Under the pieces are notes generated by a model. That model worked only from the letters and a program-made list of their open reading frames with translations. It did no database searches and had not been told where the DNA came from. This document shows, in pieces, positions 28,821 through 38,250 of a stretch of DNA of 64,000 nt. Source of the stretch: a virus; the IMG/VR virus record IMGVR_UViG_3300045976_000117, positions 1 through 64,000 of that record; one strand, given 5' to 3'. The position numbers and the translations under genes are program-made. Numbering within the stretch: the stretch's first letter is position 1; every line of letters begins with the position of its first letter.

Positions 28821-29750
28821 ATGCCTGTTAACACTGCACCGGAATCGTGGCTATCATCGAAACTCGCCGCGATGCAGCGTCAATTAGACGAAGTAACGAG
28901 AGCGGTCGGTAGGCCAACGGATCAGATCAGAGATGTCAATGACAATGTTGTGACCATGCCTGGATCTGGCTCTCCCGCCATTGTCGGCCGCGGTCACGAC
29001 GTAGGTATCAGTTTTCAGGATGGCGTGGCTACGGTCACTGATGAACAGGGTCAAAGCGTTCGACAACTCAAGGCATCGCTTATCACGAGCGACGTTGTTG
29101 GCAATGTGTCAGGTACCCACTTTGGAGACGTAGGCACACCTAGTTTTACCTACAATCATTACGGCGATCTTCATGGCAACTCATTCGGATTCCATTATGG
29201 CGCGGTGGGCGATGGCACAACACAGAATCAAGTCAACGCGCTTAATGTCTTCCACACTGGCGCCTACGGAACGGTCTTTGGAGAAATTGGCGTTCCGGGC
29301 CAACTCTGGAATGCCTATGTCACCGTCCGCGGTCGTTGCCTGGCTGAAGTGGGCCAAGCCGGAGGGCCTTTCTTCACTACCTATGGGGACGTGGGAAACA
29401 GCACTAATTTCTTCAATCTATTCGGTACCGTCCACGCGCCATCAGAACGAAGGATGAAGACAGAGATCCGTACTCTTTACGAGGCCGGATCCATCATTGA
29501 TCATGTGCCTTCCCTGCGGTGGCGATGGCGACCGGACATGCAGCATGCCGATGAGTATGAGCACGTCGGACCTATGGTTGACGACATTGCTGAGGTAGCT
29601 CCTTGGCTGGTGAGGCACTCAGACGGCGAGGGCCCCCGCACGCTGCAAGATCGTGATCTGATCGGTGTTCTCTGGGCAGCTCTCCGTGAAGAAAGGCAGA
29701 GGACCACTCGACTCGAAGAACGCATAGCCCTGCTGGAGTCGCGCTCGTAG
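28821..29750 (+). CDS. Tail spike/fibre with C-terminal intramolecular chaperone (peptidase S74)
   Basis: SERRMKTEI autocleavage motif, G.M..DI.EVAP.LV, terminal coiled coil. Confidence 0.8.
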   Translation: MPVNTAPESWLSSKLAAMQRQLDEVTRAVGRPTDQIRDVNDNVVTMPGSGSPAIVGRGHDVGISFQDGVATVTDEQGQSVRQLKASLITSDVVGNVSGTHFGDVGTPSFTYNHYGDLHGNSFGFHYGAVGDGTTQNQVNALNVFHTGAYGTVFGEIGVPGQLWNAYVTVRGRCLAEVGQAGGPFFTTYGDVGNSTNFFNLFGTVHAPSERRMKTEIRTLYEAGSIIDHVPSLRWRWRPDMQHADEYEHVGPMVDDIAEVAPWLVRHSDGEGPRTLQDRDLIGVLWAALREERQRTTRLEERIALLESRS

Positions 29751-29762
29751 AAAGGCTCCGGC

Positions 29763-30050
29763 ATGGGCCTTAAAGATCTTCTTGATTATTTCAGTAAATA
29801 CGGTCCAGTCGGAGTTGCGTTTGCTGTCCTGCTGTTCGTCGTCGGTGCACTATATCTTCAGATACTCAAAGGGTACAAAGAACGTCTTGAAGAGGCGAAT
29901 AAGCGCGTTGAGGAGGCCAACAAGCGGGCTGAGCGTCTAGAAAACGAAGTCAAAGATCTGAATGACGAAATACAGAAGTTCTTTGCGCTCGGTACCCGTT
30001 GGCAAAGCACCGTAGGAGAAGCTACCAACGAGATAAGGCGTCTTACATGA
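29763..30050 (+). CDS. Membrane coiled-coil protein (holin-like)
   Basis: One TM plus coiled coil, upstream of lysin. Confidence 0.55.
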   Translation: MGLKDLLDYFSKYGPVGVAFAVLLFVVGALYLQILKGYKERLEEANKRVEEANKRAERLENEVKDLNDEIQKFFALGTRWQSTVGEATNEIRRLT

Positions 30051-30229
30051 GTGAGCCAATGCACTGCTCTTCAAATGAGGATTGTGGTTTGGTTACCACA
30101 TGGGAAAAGACTATCGAAACGTCTTTACAGACTCGTAAAAAGCTGGCTGAACTCATGGACCAAATAGATGAGACAGTAATTGCTTTACGTGCTGAGATCG
30201 AACACGCTCAAATGCGTAGGAGTGAGTAA
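30047..30229 (+). CDS. Hypothetical protein
   Basis: ATGA overlap. Confidence 0.5.
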   Translation: MSEPMHCSSNEDCGLVTTWEKTIETSLQTRKKLAELMDQIDETVIALRAEIEHAQMRRSE

Positions 30230-30744
30230 TGGCCAATGAGGAGTACCGTGATCCTGTCATTAACCCTGCTAACGATCCGGCATTGAGCCCCCACGCTGAG
30301 ATGCTGGCGGATGCACAATCCGCGGATGCTGCCCTGGCTGAACGTGTCGAGGCCTTGCGTAAAACTCTGTCAAAACTTCCACAAGAAATCACGGATCTCA
30401 AGAACGAACAGAAGTCTGTATGGAGCTGGCTCAAGGGCGGTGGTGTTCTTATCGCCTTCGACCTATTAGTGACCATTGCTGGCGTGATCTTCGGTATTTA
30501 CCTGCATCGGGTGCAGAACAATAACGAGGCTCTTATTGAGCAAGTGCAAAACAACCAGACGCGGCTAAACACTAGTATTCATGAGACGTGCAACCTGTAC
30601 GGCACATTTTTGGGTTTCTATTCGGATGCTGCTAAGGCTCGATTCGTGGGTGGTCCGGCTCAGTACGACCAGTTATATCTGACTCTGCAAAGCAGCTCTG
30701 ATCGTTTGCAGTGCGGCACGAAGCACGTAGTACCGAGAACCTAA
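30229..30744 (+). CDS. Membrane protein (lysis cassette)
   Basis: Coiled coil-TM-coiled coil with two Cys. Confidence 0.6.
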   Translation: MANEEYRDPVINPANDPALSPHAEMLADAQSADAALAERVEALRKTLSKLPQEITDLKNEQKSVWSWLKGGGVLIAFDLLVTIAGVIFGIYLHRVQNNNEALIEQVQNNQTRLNTSIHETCNLYGTFLGFYSDAAKARFVGGPAQYDQLYLTLQSSSDRLQCGTKHVVPRT

Positions 30745-30979
30745 GGGGAATGATGAAAAAGCTCATCAAATGGGTTGCCGAATGGAAACTGATTAAAACA
30801 GCACTGAGGAAACTCCGTGGTGATGGTAATGAGAATACTCGTAGCAACTCCTGATCCGGAACCTGAGCGGCAGTGGCCTTGGCCATCATTAAGTATTAAT
30901 TACGCTACCGGGGGATTCTCTCTTACTTGGCCTCCTCCTGCCACAAGCAATTCTTTGTTCCGAGGGAGCATGTATTCCT

Positions 30980-31855
30980 ATGATTCCATCGCCAAACTAT
31001 CAGAGCCGGGGGAGTGCTAGAGTTAGACTGATCGTACTGCATACTGCCGAAGGTGCTCGAGATGTTGTCAGTCTTGGCAGATACTTGCAGAATCCTTCAG
31101 TTCAGGCGTCCTATCATATAGCATTTGATGATAGTCAGATGATGCAATATGTGGACTATCAGTACGAATCATGGGCCACATTGTCGGCAAATCCGATTTC
31201 AGACAGCGGATGCTGTTGTGGTTTCGCCGCGTGGACTCGGGATCAGTGGCTGAATAGTCATAAGAACATGCTCGAGTTAGCGGCTCAGTGGGTAGCTGCT
31301 CGGTGCAAAGCTCGAAGTGTGCCCATTCGACACTTATCACTATCAGAAGTCGCCGCGTGCAAGGCAAACCCTGATCATCCGGGCGGCGTGATCGGACATT
31401 GGGACTGGACTCGAGGGGCACAAGACGGCACACATACCGATCCTGGCGAAAATTTCCCATGGGATTGGGTCATCACTCGTGCTCAGCAGATTGCCGGACA
31501 AACCACGGACACCGCGGAGGAATCGATGGTCTACAACAGGGAGATCGCAGGTACGGGCAAAATCATCTGGAATTGTCCGACCGGCTCCGCGGCTGCCGAT
31601 CAGCGTGATTCTTGGGTGTCGGCCTCAGTTCTTGACGCTACCGGGCCTGTGTGGGTTCAGGTATTTGTGCAGAGTGATACGTCTGGTATCACATCATGGA
31701 AATGGGCAGATGCCGACTTACATCAATCTTCGTCAAATCTCTACAAGCGGCCATATCGACAACTGGCCAGCGGAGCTACGAAGTTGATTATCAGTTGGGA
31801 CGTGACCGCCTCTGCTGGTGGCACGATCTGTCTAGAAACCAAACCACAAGGTTAG
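30980..31855 (+). CDS. Endolysin, N-acetylmuramoyl-L-alanine amidase (Amidase_2)
   Basis: IVLHTAEG, ASYH, GH.D, HTDPG.NFPW. Confidence 0.92.
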   Translation: MIPSPNYQSRGSARVRLIVLHTAEGARDVVSLGRYLQNPSVQASYHIAFDDSQMMQYVDYQYESWATLSANPISDSGCCCGFAAWTRDQWLNSHKNMLELAAQWVAARCKARSVPIRHLSLSEVAACKANPDHPGGVIGHWDWTRGAQDGTHTDPGENFPWDWVITRAQQIAGQTTDTAEESMVYNREIAGTGKIIWNCPTGSAAADQRDSWVSASVLDATGPVWVQVFVQSDTSGITSWKWADADLHQSSSNLYKRPYRQLASGATKLIISWDVTASAGGTICLETKPQG

Positions 31856-31859
31856 TCTC

Positions 31860-32264
31860 GTGCGCCGGTCACGGCCACTCAGATCTATCTTGATTGCCTG
31901 GCACATCACCACGGCTGCCGGATGGTTTGCGCTGCTAGCTGTGCAGGTCATCGTGCCGTGGCAGGATCTTAAAATCTACTTGCTCGAGACCGTTGCTATC
32001 GCCGTAGTTACCGGCCTCTGGTTGGCCTTGGGTAGTCGAATAGGTCTGTTCCGGCATTGGTGGATGATCGGCAAGCTGCTAGGCACCATGGGACTTCTAA
32101 CCCTAGGTGGTCTGACTCTGAGAGGTCATACAGTGCCCTACGGTCGATGGGCCGGTCTCATGACACTCTGGCTGCTTGTCTGGCTGTCCGTGGCCCGGCC
32201 AGTCGGCAAGACACCTTACGGCCGGAGGGTTGCCCACCGTGGGCGACATGGAAGCAGTACGTAA
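31860..32264 (+). CDS. Membrane protein (DUF2269-like)
   Basis: H...AAGW, TGL.LA....GLFRHWW...K, LSVARP. Confidence 0.6.
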   Translation: MRRSRPLRSILIAWHITTAAGWFALLAVQVIVPWQDLKIYLLETVAIAVVTGLWLALGSRIGLFRHWWMIGKLLGTMGLLTLGGLTLRGHTVPYGRWAGLMTLWLLVWLSVARPVGKTPYGRRVAHRGRHGSST

Positions 32265-32560
32265 GGGAGTCCAGAGAGAGGTACGCCAATCTGTGACCAA
32301 ACCAGCCCGTCACGCTCTCTCTGGCTCTTCAGATCGTTGATCCTTATCCTGGCTGTCCGGTCCCCCTTGAGGTAGAAGTGCAAGAAGATACCGGCCAATT
32401 CACAGCCAACCGACATGCTGTGATCTTCTTGCCTCTTGGTTATCCCTGTCGTCTGGTCCTACCTCAAGTCTAGGCGCGGGAGGAGCTTCGCTCATCTTAG
32501 GAGGGTGGCTCGGTGGGGAGGTCCCCTCCGTATCTGGCCTACCAGTCCCGCGCCTGCATC

Positions 32561-32743
32561 CTAGCGGCGACTGTGACAATCATCAGAGTCATGGGGCCCA
32601 GGAGCTACCCGGCCGTCCGCGGTGATATTGGACAGTCGAGTTGCCCCGTCGTCACGACGTATGGTCATAGCCACCTTGCTGCCGCATGATTCACACGGCT
32701 CAGGCGTTGTGACAATGTCAACCGGTCGTCGTCTTAATCCCAT
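32561..32743 (-). CDS. Small Cys/His hypothetical protein
   Basis: AAGGAAG RBS; CxxC...H...C. Confidence 0.5.
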   Translation of the reverse strand: MGLRRRPVDIVTTPEPCESCGSKVAMTIRRDDGATRLSNITADGRVAPGPHDSDDCHSRR

Positions 32744-32758
32744 GTTCTTTCTTCCTTT

Positions 32759-33286
32759 CTAGGCAACCTGCCGTACCAACTTCCGGCGTTCTGCCGGAGT
32801 CATGCCTCCGGCGATGGCGTAAGCATCATCAGTGGTAATGGCCCACTCGAGGCACTCAGCCGAGACGGGGCATTCCCGACACACGGCCTTAGCTGCCCTC
32901 ATGTTCGGTCGGTTACCAGGCTGCGACCACATGGTGTCAATCGGGAAGAAAATCGACTTGTCTTCCACATCCCGGCAAGCTGCCTTGTGGCGCCAGTCCT
33001 TCTCGTACATCGGAATTACCCTCCTCTCGAGCCAACAGATAGGACAACGTTGTGATGCGCCGTTACGCTTGAGCTCGCGCTCTCGGTAACGGTCTCCTTT
33101 CCATACCCGTGCTAGTTCCCAGGTAATACCCTCCGCGGCTGCCACTTGAAGTAGGCGAGCTCCATGAACTTTACCGTGCTGCCCTAGCCGATCAGCTAGA
33201 TTCAATGCCCATCCTGTGTAGTGCTTTGCGTGTTTGAATGGACGATGAAAATGCAGCAGGTAGATATATCCCTGGACGTTTCGCAC
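32759..33286 (-). CDS. whiB: GIY-YIG-like endonuclease fused in frame to WhiB-family regulator
   Basis: N: YLLHF.RP.KHA.HYTGW..L..RL..H...RCPIC; C: four-Cys WhiB (AAC...C..CPV..EC) with GGMTP.ER. Confidence 0.8.
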   Translation of the reverse strand: MRNVQGYIYLLHFHRPFKHAKHYTGWALNLADRLGQHGKVHGARLLQVAAAEGITWELARVWKGDRYRERELKRNGASQRCPICWLERRVIPMYEKDWRHKAACRDVEDKSIFFPIDTMWSQPGNRPNMRAAKAVCRECPVSAECLEWAITTDDAYAIAGGMTPAERRKLVRQVA

Positions 33287-33303
33287 GGTACTTCTTTCTT
33301 AAA

Positions 33304-33525
33304 TTATTTATTTGGCCATGATGGTAGTTTTCTGAGGTCGATTATTTCATAAGGTTGCCAACCCTGCCCATCACGTTCGTCAACGAAAACCTCACAAATT
33401 GGTAGACGATGTTCGAGTCCCTCAGCGGCCTCGGATATAACAATTTCGTATGCTTTTTTGCAGGACGTAGGCCGCCATGTTTGGCCGTCTCGTTCTACTT
33501 TCCACAATTTCTTATTCATTTTCAT
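33304..33525 (-). CDS. Hypothetical protein
   Basis: GAGGAG RBS, downstream of promoter at 33546-33574. Confidence 0.65.
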   Translation of the reverse strand: MKMNKKLWKVERDGQTWRPTSCKKAYEIVISEAAEGLEHRLPICEVFVDERDGQGWQPYEIIDLRKLPSWPNK

Positions 33526-33545
33526 GCTCCTCTCATCTCCCGTCC

Positions 33546-33574
33546 ACGGTACCTAAGTTCCTAGGCACTGTCAA
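33546..33574 (-). promoter_or_regulatory. Housekeeping-type promoter with operator B in spacer
   Basis: TTGACA-N17-TACCGT on minus strand. Confidence 0.75.
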
Positions 33575-33593
33575 CCACCAACTAGGAGATCAT

Positions 33594-34589
33594 ATGGCTA
33601 CAGCGCCGACACGCCATGTTGAGACTTTTACTCACCCCCATTATCGGCTAGGTCGACGGCCACATGACCCTGATCGACCAGTGCTCAAGCTCGGACCTTT
33701 ACTGACTGGTGTGGTCCCCGACCATCCGGCCACCGTGGACCACCTTAATCTCATTCCTCCCTCGCGGTGGGGAATGCTCGGCAATGACAAGTACGGGGAC
33801 TGTGGTCCAGCAGATATCTTTCACGATCGAATGCTGGTAGCCAAGTACCTGGCTGATACCGACATCTACCCTGACGAGACGGCCACCCTCGATCTTTACC
33901 GGCGCTCCGGCAACCCTAACTTTCCCCGTGATGACAATGGCGTTGTCATGGCCGACATGTTGAGCGAAGTACACAAGAATGGCATCAAGTGCGGCGGCAA
34001 GATGGTTACCTGCACCGCATACGCTCAGGTCAACGTCAATGACTTAGATGAAGTTCACGCGGCCATCGCCATCTTTGGTTCGTTGTCGACCGGTTCTGAT
34101 CTTCAGCAGATCCAGTCCGAGCAGACTGACGCTGGAGAGCCATGGGACTACGACCCGAACTCCGAGGAGTGGGGTGGACATGCCCACCTGACCGGCCGGT
34201 ACGAATCCGGCACTTCAGGGCCTAGACCAGGGCTCGGGGGTGTGTCCTGGGGAGCGCCGGTCTCCTACACCGATCGATGGTGGGCGCACTGTGCCCAAGA
34301 GGCCTGGGTTGTCATCTGGCCGGAACATCTCACCAATCGCTCATTTCTGACTGGTGTTGATCAGAATCTACTGGCAAAGAACTACAAAATTCTGACCGGT
34401 CGTGATCTGCCAATAGCTCCAACACCGACTCCGAATCCAGTTCCAGCCGGGAATATCACTGCTGCACAGGACGCAGCAAACCACCAGTTTGCTTCAGCCG
34501 CGCACAACTGGCTGAAGTATTCACACGCGGGGACAAACCACCAGTTTGCCTCCGCGGTCAATCAGTGGCTCACAGCTTGGGGGCTGTAA
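33594..34589 (+). CDS. Papain-like cysteine peptidase (possible second lysin)
   Basis: GND.YGDC catalytic Cys, GGHA His, SWG; Pro/Thr linker and duplicated NHQFASA..W tail. Confidence 0.7.
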   Translation: MATAPTRHVETFTHPHYRLGRRPHDPDRPVLKLGPLLTGVVPDHPATVDHLNLIPPSRWGMLGNDKYGDCGPADIFHDRMLVAKYLADTDIYPDETATLDLYRRSGNPNFPRDDNGVVMADMLSEVHKNGIKCGGKMVTCTAYAQVNVNDLDEVHAAIAIFGSLSTGSDLQQIQSEQTDAGEPWDYDPNSEEWGGHAHLTGRYESGTSGPRPGLGGVSWGAPVSYTDRWWAHCAQEAWVVIWPEHLTNRSFLTGVDQNLLAKNYKILTGRDLPIAPTPTPNPVPAGNITAAQDAANHQFASAAHNWLKYSHAGTNHQFASAVNQWLTAWGL

Positions 34590-34909
34590 TGAGCTCGTTG
34601 ACCGATTTTCTAGAAATCATCCTGCAACCGTTATTTGCGGAGCGGGATCGGAGAATCACCAGATTGGAGAAACAAATGTCCGCATTTGATGACGCTCTGA
34701 CCGAGCTCGATTCCGCGACGACTGACGTTGCTAATGAGCTTGAGTCTCTCAAGGGTCAGATTTCCGGCCTTGACTCTTCCCTGGCTGCTCGGCTTGATGC
34801 GCCGATTGCTCGGCTCAAGGCCATGGCCAGTGACCCGAATAACGTAGACCCTAACCCGGTACCCACGCCGGAGCCAGGTCCCGTTAGTCCGTCTGACACT
34901 GGCGTATGA
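34589..34909 (+). CDS. Coiled-coil protein with Pro-rich tail
   Basis: TAATG overlap; may start at MSAFDD. Confidence 0.6.
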   Translation: MSSLTDFLEIILQPLFAERDRRITRLEKQMSAFDDALTELDSATTDVANELESLKGQISGLDSSLAARLDAPIARLKAMASDPNNVDPNPVPTPEPGPVSPSDTGV

Positions 34910-34919
34910 TCTAATGATT

Positions 34920-34958
34920 GAGGGAGGAGCCTTGGTAGCGGGCTCCTCCCTCTTTCCT
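34920..34958 (+). terminator. Intrinsic terminator
   Basis: GAGGGAGGAGCC/GGCTCCTCCCTC stem then T-rich tract, between convergent genes. Confidence 0.75.
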
Positions 34959-35291
34959 TATTTACCGTGACGAGTAGACAATTACTCTGCGACCATTCAC
35001 CATTCCTGTGTACTTACGCAGAGGCTTGCCATCCCGCGGAGACGGATCTCCCTCTTTCGGACCTTCAGGATCAGTCCAGCCAAGAGATTTCCAATCGAAT
35101 GTACTAGCCGTGTTTCTCACCTCCTCTTTAATCAGGTCGATTTGAGCCGGGCACTCCGGCGGCTCCCTTCATTGTCCAGGCTGGCTGTGCTGTGATCCGG
35201 CGCCCGTCAAGTCCCCGATAGACTCGCGTGTGCCGATCTTCGGCCTTGCTGTTTCTCCGCGGCATGCTATTACTCTATTCTTTCGTTCACC

Positions 35292-35753
35292 TTAAAAATT
35301 TCCATCTGCAACTTGGAACGTAGTTATACCAAGTTGACGCCAGAGCTTGACTACCTGGTTGCGGTCATCGAACGCTGCCAATATGTTGTAGCGGTCTCGC
35401 ACATGCTCATTGAACAGTTCTAGCTTAGCTTCCCAATCTGGGCGGTAGTCTCCATTCTTACGCATGTACAGAGCCCATGGGTACCCGTGAGGGATGACGT
35501 GTCGATAGAGCCAATTCGAAGTAGCTTCTATGCATTTTACCGGCCGTCCGGACACAAAGACAGACACCAAACCACGGTTTACAACAAAAGATCGAATCAC
35601 CTCGATAACCGGCTTGTTAGGTAAATCATTGAGGCAGATGGTTTGATCGTACGGATCACGGCCATTGAGATTAGCAACTGTACCATCGATATCAATCAGT
35701 ACGGCCTTGGATGTGTCAGGTAAAGCTACATAAGGCAGTACACCAGGATACAT
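35292..35753 (-). CDS. HAD-family polynucleotide 3'-phosphatase (T4 PNK phosphatase-like)
   Basis: DIDGT, SGR, MR..GD.RPD...K, FDDR.QVV..WR..G..FQVA.GNF. Confidence 0.88.
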   Translation of the reverse strand: MYPGVLPYVALPDTSKAVLIDIDGTVANLNGRDPYDQTICLNDLPNKPVIEVIRSFVVNRGLVSVFVSGRPVKCIEATSNWLYRHVIPHGYPWALYMRKNGDYRPDWEAKLELFNEHVRDRYNILAAFDDRNQVVKLWRQLGITTFQVADGNF

Positions 35754-35754
35754 A

Positions 35755-35985
35755 TCACACTTCGACTTTCTGATCATGTTTGATAACTGCGAGAGCCTCA
35801 TCTAAATCATAGAACAGCCCTACACGTGTAATTGGTACGTGATTTTGGTCAAGTTGAATAACCATATACGATGTGTGTACACCATCTGATATCTGATTGA
35901 TCCGGTAATTTCTGATGACGACATAGCGGCACAAATGACCAGGCGGCCAGTCAAGATTATTCGGGTCAAGGATCCGGATGCTCAT
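35755..35985 (-). CDS. Hypothetical protein
   Basis: GAGGA RBS before MSIRIL. Confidence 0.5.
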   Translation of the reverse strand: MSIRILDPNNLDWPPGHLCRYVVIRNYRINQISDGVHTSYMVIQLDQNHVPITRVGLFYDLDEALAVIKHDQKVEV

Positions 35986-36148
35986 TCTAGAGGTCCTCTC
36001 TATCGGTGGCTGGCATGAAAATACACACATTATCCCAGCCGCATATGGGACAAATACCGGCGATTACGAGCTCTGTTGGTCCTTCCCAGTTGCAATCTTG
36101 ACATACGGCATATTCCATCGTTCTCACTCCTCTTGTCTACTACATCGA

Positions 36149-36178
36149 ATCTTAGGTACTGGTCGTTACACCTGTCAA
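36149..36178 (-). promoter_or_regulatory. Promoter overlapped by operator B
   Basis: TTGACA-N18-TAAGAT. Confidence 0.7.
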
Positions 36179-36190
36179 GGAGGAATTTCC

Positions 36191-36454
36191 ATGGCCACTC
36201 CTGTTTCATCACCTGGCAACCCGCTCACTCAGGCCTGGGCTATCGGTACTCTTGACCGGCTGATCGGCACCTTCGTGGTGGCCTTCGTAGCGCTGATCGG
36301 TTTGGGTGCACCTGGCTTCGATGTGATGCACGTCGACTGGAAAGCGGCTCTTGCTGCCGCGGGGTCAGCCACCGCGTTGACCCTGGTCAAGTCCCTGATT
36401 GCTGCCTTCGTTGGTGATACCGGCACCTCGAGCCTTCTGCCGGGCGGTAAGTGA
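36191..36454 (+). CDS. Holin (r1t-like)
   Basis: DR...TF.......VDW...L..A..A..L.L.KS motif, two TM, strong RBS. Confidence 0.8.
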   Translation: MATPVSSPGNPLTQAWAIGTLDRLIGTFVVAFVALIGLGAPGFDVMHVDWKAALAAAGSATALTLVKSLIAAFVGDTGTSSLLPGGK

Positions 36455-36493
36455 CACTACCTCGGATCTTAGGGTCTGTGTTACCATGCCAGT

Positions 36494-36811
36494 ATGGCAG
36501 AGACCAAACGTGAACCACTATTGACATACGAAGGTTATCGAGTAGCGGAAGCTCTCATGAGTGACATCAACGGAGAACATACCGGCTATCGCATCTCACA
36601 GCAGACCGGAGTGAGCCAAGGAGCGATCTACCCACTGCTCCATCGATGGACCGAAGCGGGGTGGCTTGTTACCCGCGATGAGACTTCTGCGGAGCATGCC
36701 GCGCGGGCTGGTCGTAAGGGTCGCCTTCGCAAATTAATCACCGTGACCGAGCTCGGCCGTGAGAAGATTCCGGCCTACTGGCATCGCTGGCAGGAGCGAA
36801 CCAGTGCGTAA
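36494..36811 (+). CDS. PadR-family winged-helix regulator
   Basis: GY.I...TG.S.G.IYP.L.R...GWL...R......T..G; TACCAT -10 just upstream suggests leaderless mRNA. Confidence 0.85.
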   Translation: MAETKREPLLTYEGYRVAEALMSDINGEHTGYRISQQTGVSQGAIYPLLHRWTEAGWLVTRDETSAEHAARAGRKGRLRKLITVTELGREKIPAYWHRWQERTSA

Positions 36812-37406
36812 ACTCATCATCCCTGCAGTGGCGACTGGGCTGCTCTTGACCGGCTGTGGTCCGGCAAATAATCATCCCGCTACGGAGTTCACCAGCTCTG
36901 CTCAAGGTACGACGGCTCCGGCCACAATAGATGCCATCCGAGCTCAAACCGGCAAGCCCTGCCACGCTCGCCACGTCAACGAAGCTGATCCGGAAGCCTG
37001 GGAACCTGACCTGGCGTGTACGCCCGGCAAGGCTAATCCCGCAGTGACCATCGGCCAGCTATGCCCCGTAGCCCACACACGCCAGTGGCGCGTTGACATC
37101 AGCAAGCAGAAAAAAGAAGCTCTTGCTCGTTACGACTACATAGACAGCCAGGGCAACCATCCGCAGACTTTGGCCAGCACTGAAGGCGATCATGCTGTGG
37201 CGCTGGTCGATGGTGGGGACCCTACGGCGCCGGAGAACATCTGGGCTGAACCGGAGCTTGGTCATCCGAACGAGAAAGACAAGGTAGAGGTGGCAGCGCA
37301 CGCAGCGCTGTGTCGTGGTGCGATGACACTCCCACAGGTGCAAGCTGGCCTTGCTACCGATTGGTACGGGCTTGGTCAGCGACTTGGAGTCATCAAAACT
37401 GATTGA
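36804..37406 (+). CDS. Lipoprotein with HNH-like nuclease fold
   Basis: Lipobox LTGC; TPG..NP, E.DH.V.L..GG.P...N.W.E...N.KD..E. Confidence 0.7.
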   Translation: MRKLIIPAVATGLLLTGCGPANNHPATEFTSSAQGTTAPATIDAIRAQTGKPCHARHVNEADPEAWEPDLACTPGKANPAVTIGQLCPVAHTRQWRVDISKQKKEALARYDYIDSQGNHPQTLASTEGDHAVALVDGGDPTAPENIWAEPELGHPNEKDKVEVAAHAALCRGAMTLPQVQAGLATDWYGLGQRLGVIKTD

Positions 37407-37483
37407 TCACCCACTCAGAGTAATTACATTGACTGATACGTCCTACTGATGACGTATCAGCTCCCCCAATTGGCGCTAGTGGT

Positions 37484-37735
37484 ATGTCTACCGTGCGTGC
37501 TACTACTGTGCAAATGCACGTGCGAACGCACTTAGCTTCTGGGGGAAATTGCATCGTGTCTTGGGTGACCGATGTCTTGCGCCGTGAGCATTGGGTGACC
37601 GACGACGCGATGACCCTGGGTAAGATCATTGGCACGTACGTAGGCATCTGTGGTCAAGAATTTTTACCGGCCAGCCTGACGGAGCCCCCGCGGGGGAGAT
37701 GTGTGGTATGTGTGAAGTCTCACCTTTTCCCATGA
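37484..37735 (+). CDS. Small zinc-binding hypothetical protein of actinomycete type
   Basis: EH.VTD.A...G.Y...CG....ASL..PP...C..C. Confidence 0.6.
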   Translation: MSTVRATTVQMHVRTHLASGGNCIVSWVTDVLRREHWVTDDAMTLGKIIGTYVGICGQEFLPASLTEPPRGRCVVCVKSHLFP

Positions 37736-37776
37736 TTTTACCCGTTTAGCGGGACAGGAAACGGGCAGGAAGCGAC

Positions 37777-38145
37777 ATGATACGAGTCATGCCCGCGGAG
37801 TCTCAGTTTGAATTTTCAGAAAGTCTACCTTTTCCTGAGATAGATCTTTCTCGTTTGGTTGATGGCACTATTGTCACCATCGCAGTGGCTGGTGATATTG
37901 ATCTAACCACGGCTGCAATCATTCGTCGTCATCTCCAGCGCACACTCCGATCACCTCCGTCCAGACTTATTATTGATCTGACTAAAGTGACTTTTCTAGG
38001 GTCAGAAGGTATAGCTTTGCTTATTGATCTACACAAGGTTGCGACAGCACTCGGCACGGTTGTCGTACTGCGAGGAACGACGCGCAGAGTAACACATCAG
38101 ATACTACGAGTGACCGGACTGACGAGTATGTTTGTGGTAGAGTGA
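37777..38145 (+). CDS. STAS-domain anti-sigma factor antagonist
   Basis: GDIDL.TA, IDL..VTFLGS.G...L, L.VTGL...F. Confidence 0.88.
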   Translation: MIRVMPAESQFEFSESLPFPEIDLSRLVDGTIVTIAVAGDIDLTTAAIIRRHLQRTLRSPPSRLIIDLTKVTFLGSEGIALLIDLHKVATALGTVVVLRGTTRRVTHQILRVTGLTSMFVVE

Positions 38146-38181
38146 CAGATGCATCACTGTTTTCCCTTTCCACTTCAGGTA

Positions 38182-38217
38182 ACGGGCCTGGCTCTTCGGA
38201 GTCGGGCCCGTTTTTTC
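38182..38217 (+). terminator. Intrinsic terminator
   Basis: ACGGGCCTGGCTC-TTCG-GAGTCGGGCCCGT followed by T run. Confidence 0.8.
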
Positions 38218-38250
38218 ATGCCCAGATACTCCCGGTAACCTGCACTGCCT

